From: Lachnospiraceae bacterium
GTDB lineage: Bacteria > Bacillota > Clostridia > Lachnospirales > Lachnospiraceae
Assembly (NCBI GenBank): GCA_003519685.1
Contig: DOWG01000084.1
Coordinates: 1 to 33,667, forward strand
Direction of reading: 5' to 3'
DNA: 33,667 nucleotides
Positions 1 through 7,960 of this stretch are shown in pieces. The notes beneath the pieces are model-generated. The model was not told the origin of the DNA, ran no database searches, and was given only the letters and a program-made list of their open reading frames with translations. Each line of letters begins with the position of its first letter. Within the stretch, counting starts at the first letter, position 1. Made by a program: the position numbers and the translations under genes.

Positions 1-1
1 G

Positions 2-2497
2 GCGGAAAGAATGTGCCGTAATATTGATACAGCACTTGATTTGCTCCATGGAGATTATGCAGATTCGTTTTCTTATATTATTGATTCCACTTGGCACTTG
101 GAGGAATATTTAAACTCACGAAGCACGGAGCAGAAAGAAAAATTAATTGCAGCGGTTCGGAAGGGAAGGCTTGGCATACCTTTGAACTATGTGGACTTAT
201 TGACTTGGCTGCCCTCCTTAGAAGCATTGATTCATAATGGAGACTATACGGCAAGTGTATTAGGGCCCTATGGACTTAAAGCAGATCGTGCAGATATTGT
301 GGATGTTGCATCTGCAACCGGTTCCTATCCTGCGGTGCTTAAGGGGAGCGGGGTAAAATATTTACTTCACGCAGACAACCAGGATCGTGGTCCGTTCCGT
401 TTTAATGGAGGATTGCATAGGCATAGTCCTTTCTGGTGGAAAGCACCGGATGGCAGTAAAATTTTAACCTGGCTTGCAAGAATGTATTGTGAGTTGAAAA
501 AAGTTTGTGGATCGCCTGCTTCTAAGGAAGCAGCGGAAACCGGGCTTGAGATGTGGCTCATGGATTATGAAAGAGAAGATTATATTCCGGATGCGGTAAT
601 CTTATATGGGCAGGAAGCGGATAATACCGACATGGATACTCGTACAGCTGCTTTTTTGGCAGAATGGGGCAAAGATGTTGTCTATCCGAAGCTAATACCA
701 TCGAACGGAAGTTCTTTTTTTGAATATGTCGAACAGTTTTCCGACCGCTTTAAAGAGTATTCCGGTGATGAAGGTGCATACTGGGAAGACGGAGCAGCCT
801 CCAGTGTTCTGGAAACATTTGCTGTAAGGCAAGCAGATGCGGGAATCCGTTGTGCTGAGATATTAGATTCCCTTGCTATGTTTTACGAGCCTCAGCTACG
901 TTTCCCGTTTGAAAATTACCAGGAAGCATGGAAGCAGGTGCTGTTATATGAGGAGCATACTTGGGGTGCATTCCTATCCGGCAGTGATCCAGATTCCTTA
1001 CTGCAAATGGATCAATGGGCAGTAAAGAGTCATATGGCTTCACAGGCGATTCAGTGGAAAAATCGTTTGCTAACGCAGGCGGCAACTCGAATTAGCTTAA
1101 TGTGGAATAATGAATCGAGAGAAATCGTTGTTTATAATCCTTATAGTTTTCCTGTACAGGGGTATGTAACGGTCGAATTTGCCAAGGGAGAAACCATATA
1201 TGATACCAAGGGAATAGAAGCAGGATGGGAAGAAATCAGTAGAACGAAGACACAGGTTGTAGCAAAACTATGGGTAGAGCCGATACCATCCTTTTCCTAT
1301 CGTAGATATTTACTGCGAAAGGAAGCCTTTCATGACCTTAGCGGAAAGTATCAGGAATCCGCAGTACAAGGTACTGCTTCGATCGAAAATAGGTGGTATA
1401 CGGTTTCCATTGATACGGAATCCGGAAGCATCACTTCCTTCTATGATAAAGAATTAAATCGTGAATTATGTTCCGGCACTTCCTTTGGCAAGGTTCTATA
1501 TGCTCGCGGCGGGGAGGGAACTACCCTATTAGGAAACCGCCCGGGCTTAAGCCGTGAAGGAGCGGAAATGATCCCTTGCTTTTCACCGGTCAAGGCGGTA
1601 AGAAAAATATCCGCGGTAGGCAGCAGCATTATCCTCTCGGGTACTGCGGTATTGGGAAATATGGAAGTGGTTTATACGCTTCCGAATAACGAAAAAAATC
1701 TATGCCTGGAGTACCGCTATGAGAAAGACGAAACGGAGGAACTGGAAGCGGTATATGTTGATTTGCCATTTCATCTGTCAGAGTGTGCGGATGTACTTTC
1801 GGATAGTCAGATCGGATGGGTTGATTGGCAGAAAGATGTATTACCGGGAGCGTGCAGAGAATGGCTTCCGCTGCAAACATCCATATTAATACGGGATGAC
1901 CAATGTGATGTTCAAATAGCTTCCCCGGATGCCTTTCTATTTACGGTAGGAACACCGGTGAAGGGCCAATGGATTAGTGACCTTGAGACGAGAGGAAATC
2001 ATATCTATTCCTACGTACTAAATAATTATTGGCGCGTAAATTATAAAGGGAAACAAGGCGGTAAAATACGATTTCGATATTATATAACTTCGGATCGTTC
2101 TATTCCGTTTGAGCAGGCATATCGTTTCGGCTGGATCAGAAGGCAGGGCCTTATCGCTCAAAGGATGAGTTATCAGGAATTTCGAAAAGATGTTCCAAAA
2201 GTTTATCAGGATCCCAGGGGAGGCAGTTTATTAAAGGTTCATTCGAACCATATTGTAGTTTCCACAATCCGAGGATCAAAGGACGGAGAGGGGTTTATCA
2301 TACGTCTTCAGGAAACCGGTGGATATTCCGGAGATATTGAGATATCTTTTGGCGAAAGAAAACTAGCGCAGTTATTGAAAACGGATCATCAAGAACGTCC
2401 AATTGAGAAAATTCACTTCATTCAGAATCATCTTGCTTCTTTCCATCTAAACCCCTGGGAAGTGGCAACCTATAAGATAATACTTAGGAAAGCTTAA
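2..2497 (+). CDS. Divergent GH38-like (alpha-mannosidase fold) glycoside hydrolase, 5'-truncated by the window edge
   Basis: Frame is open from base 2 (gcg gaa aga atg). GH38-type segments: PFWWKAPDGSKILTW, YSGDEGAYWEDG, LLYEEHTWG, IVVYNPYSF, IENRWYTVSIDTESGSITSFYDKELNREL, C-terminal GFIIRLQETGG. The N-terminal HxD Zn motif would lie upstream of the window. Confidence 0.8.
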   Translation, partial: AERMCRNIDTALDLLHGDYADSFSYIIDSTWHLEEYLNSRSTEQKEKLIAAVRKGRLGIPLNYVDLLTWLPSLEALIHNGDYTASVLGPYGLKADRADIVDVASATGSYPAVLKGSGVKYLLHADNQDRGPFRFNGGLHRHSPFWWKAPDGSKILTWLARMYCELKKVCGSPASKEAAETGLEMWLMDYEREDYIPDAVILYGQEADNTDMDTRTAAFLAEWGKDVVYPKLIPSNGSSFFEYVEQFSDRFKEYSGDEGAYWEDGAASSVLETFAVRQADAGIRCAEILDSLAMFYEPQLRFPFENYQEAWKQVLLYEEHTWGAFLSGSDPDSLLQMDQWAVKSHMASQAIQWKNRLLTQAATRISLMWNNESREIVVYNPYSFPVQGYVTVEFAKGETIYDTKGIEAGWEEISRTKTQVVAKLWVEPIPSFSYRRYLLRKEAFHDLSGKYQESAVQGTASIENRWYTVSIDTESGSITSFYDKELNRELCSGTSFGKVLYARGGEGTTLLGNRPGLSREGAEMIPCFSPVKAVRKISAVGSSIILSGTAVLGNMEVVYTLPNNEKNLCLEYRYEKDETEELEAVYVDLPFHLSECADVLSDSQIGWVDWQKDVLPGACREWLPLQTSILIRDDQCDVQIASPDAFLFTVGTPVKGQWISDLETRGNHIYSYVLNNYWRVNYKGKQGGKIRFRYYITSDRSIPFEQAYRFGWIRRQGLIAQRMSYQEFRKDVPKVYQDPRGGSLLKVHSNHIVVSTIRGSKDGEGFIIRLQETGGYSGDIEISFGERKLAQLLKTDHQERPIEKIHFIQNHLASFHLNPWEVATYKIILRKA

Positions 2498-2518
2498 TCG
2501 TCAGCAGCAAAGATTGGA

Positions 2519-3253
2519 TTATGCAAGAATGATATTTGTATATCCCTCCAAGTCCGGGATCGATTTATCCATAATAATCGTTGTATCTGTCAAAGAGGCA
2601 ACTTTTATCATGGTTACAACATTATACTTTGATGAATCAATAAGAAAATAAGATTCAGAGGATTTATCCATAGCAATACGTTTTATGGTATATTCATTAA
2701 TATCATGGTTGGTGATTCCGGACTTCTTACTGAATCCATTTGCTCCAAGAAAACATTTATTAAAAAATAAACCATTCAGTGCTGTTTCCGCTAAAGGTCC
2801 AATACAAGAATTCGTTGCTTGTTTTATATTACCTCCGATCATAATACATGGAATTTGGTGTGTAGCTAGCTGGTTAATATGATAAATTCCATTGGTTATC
2901 ACAGTTACATTACGGTTAACTAGATAAGGAATCATCTGCAGAGTGGTACTGGATGGATCTAAAAAGATGACATCGTTATCTTGAATAAAGGAGCAAGCTT
3001 TTAATGCAATTTTGTTTTTTGCTTCCCTATTTAAATTAAGCTTTGCCGAGATACTTAGTTCAATTGATTTTTTGTTCAGCTGAACACCACCGCCATGTAA
3101 TAATGTTATTTTACCATACTTTTCCAATTCTCTCAAATCTCTTCTTAAGGTTGAGAAAGATACTTCTAAATGTTCTGCTAAAAAGTCCATATAAAGGATA
3201 TCATTTTCTGTTAATAAATTTATAATCGTTTGTTGCCGAACGGCTGGAATCAT
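2519..3253 (-). CDS. DeoR/GlpR family transcriptional regulator
   Basis: N-terminal HTH (RQQTIINLL...VSFSTLRRDLRELE...HGG) and DeoR sensor domain (IFLDPSSTT, VITNG, IGG, FLGANG, DSSK). RBS-like aggggg on the minus strand upstream. Confidence 0.95.
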   Translation of the reverse strand: MIPAVRQQTIINLLTENDILYMDFLAEHLEVSFSTLRRDLRELEKYGKITLLHGGGVQLNKKSIELSISAKLNLNREAKNKIALKACSFIQDNDVIFLDPSSTTLQMIPYLVNRNVTVITNGIYHINQLATHQIPCIMIGGNIKQATNSCIGPLAETALNGLFFNKCFLGANGFSKKSGITNHDINEYTIKRIAMDKSSESYFLIDSSKYNVVTMIKVASLTDTTIIMDKSIPDLEGYTNIILA

Positions 3254-3289
3254 GTTAAAACCCCCTTGTATATTTCATTTACACATTTT

Positions 3290-3318
3290 AGTATATAATA
3301 ATTTTTCATAATTGTAAA
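3290..3318 (-). promoter_or_regulatory. Putative sigma-A promoter of deoR
   Basis: Minus strand reads TTTACA-17 bp-TATACT, ending about 36 bp before the deoR ATG. Confidence 0.55.
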
Positions 3319-3320
3319 CA

Positions 3321-3350
3321 AAAAATGATTATATGTGAACTTTAATGATA
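3321..3350. promoter_or_regulatory. Phased 10-bp TGA repeats (putative DeoR operator) abutting the deoR -35 box
   Basis: aaaaaTGAtt atatgTGAac tttaaTGAta; TGA at 3326, 3336 and 3346. Confidence 0.45.
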
Positions 3351-3567
3351 AAATGCGCCATTTTTTAGTAATACTTGTAGTTTTTTGTTAGATGCAGTAT
3401 CGTCCAATCCGGTATATCACTGTAACATAAAATGTTATGGAGTATAAGAAATAGTTAGTATTGATTCAATTTGATAACTTACTTGGATGAACCGATTTAT
3501 GCATTTGGTGTTTTTCACAAGGAACGAAAAAAAGCATATGGAAATGTATTAATAGATTATAAAACTA

Positions 3568-3596
3568 TTGACTTGCCATCTGAAATATTGTATTAT
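3568..3596 (+). promoter_or_regulatory. Putative sigma-A promoter of the ABC transporter operon
   Basis: TTGACT (3568-3573), 17 bp spacer, TATTAT (3591-3596). Confidence 0.65.
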
Positions 3597-3600
3597 ATAG

Positions 3601-3650
3601 CTATATGTGAAAAAAAGTGATACAAAGTGAATTAATATGAATATTTATGA
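3601..3650. promoter_or_regulatory. Five phased 10-bp TGA repeats (putative DeoR operator) over the transcription start
   Basis: ctatatgTGA aaaaaagTGA tacaaagTGA attaataTGA atatttaTGA, with an exact 10-bp period. Confidence 0.6.
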
Positions 3651-3755
3651 TGCATAGATGCAGAAGGGGGATGGAGCAGACAACAAATCATAGCACAAAT
3701 TGCATCAGATAGGAGAAGAAAATTTAAAACTCATAGGGTTTAAAGGAGTGTTAAG

Positions 3756-5225
3756 ATGAAAGAAAAAAATGACCAAAAAAGCAGTTTGATTTTAATGCCT
3801 AAGATAATAACTTTATTATCAATAATTACATTCGCCGTATTGATTATCCCTTATTTTAATCCGGTAAGATTTTTACCACAGCTTGGTGACTGGTCCTACC
3901 TATATTTCCTTGGTAACTCCATGCAGGTTGATAAACAATTTATAGCGGCTTTCCCGGGTATTCGAGAATTTTTTGCAAATAATGCAATTGCTGTTTTTTG
4001 CGGGTATTTCATAGGGATATTTACTGTAGCCCAGTTTATTTCGGGATTGTTCATAAGTTCTAAGAAAGCGAATAAAAGCGCTCGTGGTTTGATGCTGCTG
4101 ATGATTTTTTCCGCTTTGAACTTTGCTGCTAACCTGATTCTTATTGCAGATATCTGTAGTGCCAATATAAATGTGGAAAAACTGGGTTATTCGCAATTAG
4201 GGATTCGGTATGAGATACCCATAGGCACCGTTGTTTTTATGATGCTGGCACTTACCCAATTCATACTAGGCAAGATTTACCGCAAAAAATTATTGATTGA
4301 AAAAGGTTTATACATAAAGATGACGCATTCGCAAAGAGTGGAAAATGCAAAGGGCTATGCATTTATCGCCCCCTATATTATTGGTTTTACCTGTTTTACC
4401 GCACTTCCGTTGATTTTTTCGTTTTTTAGTTCTTTTACCTATTATAATATTACAGCGGTTCAAAAATGGTATGGTATAAGAAACTTCACTAATCTTTTCA
4501 CGAAAGATGAGTATTTCTGGAAGAGCTTATATAACACAGGCTGGTATGTGCTTATCAGTGTTCCTTTGGCTATCCTATTTGCAATGGCTCTGGCGCTTTT
4601 AATGAATATGAAGAGTATAAAGGGACTTCGCTACTTCCGTACGGTGTATTATCTTCCTTCGGTTCTGTCCGGTGTTGCAGTCTTTCTCTTGTGGCAATGG
4701 ATTCTTGATCCGACGGCGGGGTTATTAAACAACGGACTTAGCATGCTGGGGATTCAAGGGCCGGCTTGGCTGTTTGATGCAAAATGGACGAAGCCTTCCT
4801 TAGTATTAATGAAATTATGGGGAGTTGGCGGTAATACAATCATTCTTCTTTCGGCACTGCAGTCAGTCCCTCAGGAATTGTATGATGCCGGCGCTGTCGA
4901 CGGAGCAACAGGAATGAAAAAGTTTTTACATATTACGTTACCCATGATTTCTCCTACACTTTTCTTTGTTATAGTAACCGGCGTCAGCGGAGCTTTCCAA
5001 GTATTTGATTCTGCTTATATTATGGCAAACGGAACCGGCGGTCCGAATAATTCAATGCTATTTTATAATTTGTATCTGTTTAATACGGCAATGAAAGATC
5101 AGCAGATGGGATTGGCGAGCGCTATGGCCTGGATATTATTTGCTATCATTATGGTGATTACCGTTATTCAAATGATTGGCTCCAAAAAATGGGTTTATTA
5201 TGAAGGAGGCAAGGATAAAAAATGA
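3756..5225 (+). CDS. Carbohydrate ABC transporter permease (MalF/UgpA type) with a ~190-aa N-terminal membrane extension
   Basis: RBS aaggag. From about residue 200: GYAFIAPYIIGF, FRTVYYLPSV, EAA-loop variant LQSVPQELYDAGAVDGA, ITLPMISP, AFQVFD, GLASAMAW. Additional hydrophobic helices at the N-terminus. Confidence 0.93.
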   Translation: MKEKNDQKSSLILMPKIITLLSIITFAVLIIPYFNPVRFLPQLGDWSYLYFLGNSMQVDKQFIAAFPGIREFFANNAIAVFCGYFIGIFTVAQFISGLFISSKKANKSARGLMLLMIFSALNFAANLILIADICSANINVEKLGYSQLGIRYEIPIGTVVFMMLALTQFILGKIYRKKLLIEKGLYIKMTHSQRVENAKGYAFIAPYIIGFTCFTALPLIFSFFSSFTYYNITAVQKWYGIRNFTNLFTKDEYFWKSLYNTGWYVLISVPLAILFAMALALLMNMKSIKGLRYFRTVYYLPSVLSGVAVFLLWQWILDPTAGLLNNGLSMLGIQGPAWLFDAKWTKPSLVLMKLWGVGGNTIILLSALQSVPQELYDAGAVDGATGMKKFLHITLPMISPTLFFVIVTGVSGAFQVFDSAYIMANGTGGPNNSMLFYNLYLFNTAMKDQQMGLASAMAWILFAIIMVITVIQMIGSKKWVYYEGGKDKK

Positions 5226-6136
5226 TGGAAGAATCGAAAGTTAAGGTTGAGAATAAAATGAAAAAGAATGAGACAAAGAAGAGTAGAAATATAAAATTAT
5301 CCGAATCAATTCATTTTCGACAAACAGTTACTGGGACAATAGGAACCATCGTCTTACTATTAGGATCCATCATAGTACTTTATCCTTTGGCTTGGATGCT
5401 CGCAACTGCACTGAAATCAGATGCTGAGGTAATGATTAATCCGTCATTAATACCTTGGAAATTCCATTGGGAAAACTTTGCGAAGGCATGGAATTCGGCA
5501 CCTTTTGATATTTATCTAAGGAACACCTTGTTTCTTACGGTATGTAATTTGGTAGGGGTATTGTTATCAAATACTTTGGTTGCTTATGGATTCGCAAAGA
5601 TGGAGTTTAAAGGGAAAGATGCGATTTTTATATGTGTACTCGGGACGATGATGATACCAGGAATGGTAACGATGATTCCCTCCTATGTATTGTTTTCAAA
5701 GATTGGATGGGTAGGCACCTATTTACCTTTAATCGTGCCGGCCTTTACCGGTAGTGCCTATAATATTTTCCTTTTAAGACAAGCCTTTATGGGTATTAAT
5801 CAGGCTTATTCCGATGCTGCTAAGATTGAAGGAGCAGGGGAACTAAAGATATTATCCAAAATATATGTACCATTGGCACGCCCGGTATTAACAACAATTG
5901 CTGTATTCTCCTTTAATGGAACATGGAATGATTATTTTGGACCTATGCTCTATTTAAACGATGAAAAACTATATACCTTGCAGTTGGGGCTTCGGACGTT
6001 CCGAGGAACAGCGGGTGTGGAATGGCAAAAATTTATGGCAGCTTCGCTTATCGTGTTAATTCCTACGGTTATTCTTTACTTCTTTATGCAAAAGTATATT
6101 ATTCAAAGCGTTGCAATCGGTGGGATAAAAGGGTAA
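5222..6136 (+). CDS. Carbohydrate ABC transporter permease (MalG/UgpE type)
   Basis: ATGA overlap with the upstream permease. Motifs AYGFAK, TMMIPGMVTMIP, IFLLRQAF, DAAKIEGAGE, WNDYFGP, QKYII...GGIKG. Confidence 0.95.
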   Translation: MMEESKVKVENKMKKNETKKSRNIKLSESIHFRQTVTGTIGTIVLLLGSIIVLYPLAWMLATALKSDAEVMINPSLIPWKFHWENFAKAWNSAPFDIYLRNTLFLTVCNLVGVLLSNTLVAYGFAKMEFKGKDAIFICVLGTMMIPGMVTMIPSYVLFSKIGWVGTYLPLIVPAFTGSAYNIFLLRQAFMGINQAYSDAAKIEGAGELKILSKIYVPLARPVLTTIAVFSFNGTWNDYFGPMLYLNDEKLYTLQLGLRTFRGTAGVEWQKFMAASLIVLIPTVILYFFMQKYIIQSVAIGGIKG

Positions 6137-6170
6137 TAACGAACTTCTTTAAAGGACATTTTTACCATAC

Positions 6171-6210
6171 AAGTGAAAAATGATGAAAAAAAGTGAAAAA
6201 TAATGAAAAT
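6171..6210. promoter_or_regulatory. Four phased 10-bp direct repeats (putative DeoR operator) just upstream of the SBP -35 box
   Basis: aagTGAaaaa tgaTGAaaaa aagTGAaaaa taaTGAaaat. Confidence 0.6.
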
Positions 6211-6215
6211 ATATG

Positions 6216-6244
6216 TTGACAATATGACACATGAAGTATAAAAT
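6216..6244 (+). promoter_or_regulatory. Putative internal sigma-A promoter for the solute-binding protein
   Basis: Consensus TTGACA (6216-6221), 17 bp spacer, TAAAAT (6239-6244). Confidence 0.7.
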
Positions 6245-6296
6245 ACACTTATAAAGATGAAAGAAAAGGTAAAGGAAAAAAAGGAGGATGTATTTC

Positions 6297-7706
6297 ATGA
6301 AGAAAATTAAGAGTTTTATCATGTTCGGCCTTTGCATGGCGCTATTAAGCTTTGCATTGGTTGGATGCAGCAAAGGTAAGAAAGAAACCGATTCGGATAA
6401 GGCAGGAATCGATGCTGAACCGACACAGGCAGTTAAGGATGAGAAGGAAGAAAGCAAAGAGGAAACCGGAGATAAGAAACCAGTAACATTACGTTTGTGG
6501 GCTCATTGGGGATCCGAACAACGTCGTCCGACGATTGACAAGATTATTCAAAAATTTAATGAAAAATATGCGGATCAGAAGATTACTGCAGAATATGTAT
6601 ATGTACCTTTTGGCGATATTGAGACAAAAATGATTGCTTCCGTAACCGCTGGTAACCCAGCCAATGTAGTTATTTCAGCAATCGAAGATACCAATGTTAA
6701 AGCAATGCGTAACCAGGCTATGGATATTACTGATTATCTATCCGATGGTGTTGCAGAGAAATTCTATGAAAAATATTGGGATATGGTAACCTATGAGGAT
6801 AGAGTTTATGCAGTTCCGTTTAACACAGATACCCGTTTGGTATTCTACAATAAGACCATGTTTAAGGAAGCCGGGATTAATGTAGAGGATATTAAGACCT
6901 GGGACGACATGATCAATGTATGTAAGAAATTGGATGAGAAGTTTATGGGCAAAGGTGACTATATGCTTGCATTCAATCCGGTACTTGGAAACTTTGGATT
7001 TGATACCTTAGCAATTAACAATGGCGGCGGCAACTTTGATGACCCTATGAATCCAAATCTACCTACAGCAAACAGCAAACAAAACATTGAGACACTGGAG
7101 CATATGAAGGTTTATGCGGATATGTACGGTCAGGATTTAGTACAGCAGGCTATGGCAGCAAATGCCGGCGGAGCACAGGATCTTTTCCTTTCCGGTAAAG
7201 TGGCTATGATTGGACAGGTATGTAACTATATCGCAACGATTGAAAAATATAATGCTGAAGCTAAGGTTGATTATGGCGTATTTGCTTATCCTGCAGGACC
7301 TTCCAATCCTACTGGTGAACCGGCAGCTTGGGGCGGCGGTTTTGTATGTACCGTACCTTATGGAGCTGAAAATCCACAGGAATCTACGTTGTTAGCTGAA
7401 TTTATGGCAACGGAGGGTGCAGCTATCTGGGCACAGGAGCAGAAAGACGTTATGTGCAGTACAGAAGCAAATGAAAATCCGGCAATGGCATCTTCTGTAG
7501 GCTGGAAAGAAACAATTGCTCTGATGGAGAATACGAATGGAACACGCAGACACCCATATGCACCGAATGCAGGACAATTTATGGCGGAAGCAGTTGACTC
7601 CATTGTTAAAAACTATACTGCAACCGATGTGGAAGCAGCATTGAATACTGCTCAGGAGCAAATTGAAGCTAAGATAGAAGAAGAAAAATTCATCTTTGGT
7701 AAATAA
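6297..7706 (+). CDS. ABC transporter extracellular sugar-binding lipoprotein
   Basis: Signal peptide MKKIKS...ALVG|C lipobox, charged low-complexity linker, VTLRLW, YAVPFNTDTRLVFYNKTMFKEAG, TWDD, FLSGKVAM. RBS aggagg favours the ATG at 6297 (ORF track starts at 6288). Confidence 0.95.
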   Translation: MKKIKSFIMFGLCMALLSFALVGCSKGKKETDSDKAGIDAEPTQAVKDEKEESKEETGDKKPVTLRLWAHWGSEQRRPTIDKIIQKFNEKYADQKITAEYVYVPFGDIETKMIASVTAGNPANVVISAIEDTNVKAMRNQAMDITDYLSDGVAEKFYEKYWDMVTYEDRVYAVPFNTDTRLVFYNKTMFKEAGINVEDIKTWDDMINVCKKLDEKFMGKGDYMLAFNPVLGNFGFDTLAINNGGGNFDDPMNPNLPTANSKQNIETLEHMKVYADMYGQDLVQQAMAANAGGAQDLFLSGKVAMIGQVCNYIATIEKYNAEAKVDYGVFAYPAGPSNPTGEPAAWGGGFVCTVPYGAENPQESTLLAEFMATEGAAIWAQEQKDVMCSTEANENPAMASSVGWKETIALMENTNGTRRHPYAPNAGQFMAEAVDSIVKNYTATDVEAALNTAQEQIEAKIEEEKFIFGK

Positions 7707-7822
7707 TTGAAGTTATCTATGCAGGCACTTTGCGAAGGCAGAATTTCATATCGGTCGGTATTTGTTATTATGAAATAGCATAGCATAAGCTTGTATCAGT
7801 AACTTAGCTTCATTGTCTTTGT

Positions 7823-7898
7823 AAGGCAGTCTGTTTCTTCAACAAGTGATTTGGTTTTACATCTTCACTTGTATGAAAAATAAACAGGCTGCCTTTTT
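7823..7898 (+). terminator. Long stem-loop with T-tract after the SBP gene (terminator or mRNA-stabilising hairpin)
   Basis: aaggcagtctgttt pairs with aaacaggctgcctt; inner acaagtga pairs with tcacttgt; followed by ttt. Confidence 0.65.
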
Positions 7899-7960
7899 AT
7901 GTAGGAACCCGCTAAAAAAGATGTGCAACGATTAAATACAAAATGAGGAGGAAAATTCCC

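Noticed and set aside
3423-3437. Palindrome TAACAT-aaa-ATGTTA in the divergent intergenic region
   Set aside because: A single short AT-rich palindrome that does not match cre or Rex consensus convincingly. It could easily be chance.
3671-3712. 13-codon leader ORF (MEQTTNHSTNCIR) before the first permease
   Set aside because: The G-rich tract abuts the ATG with no spacer, and there is no attenuator structure or telling codon bias.
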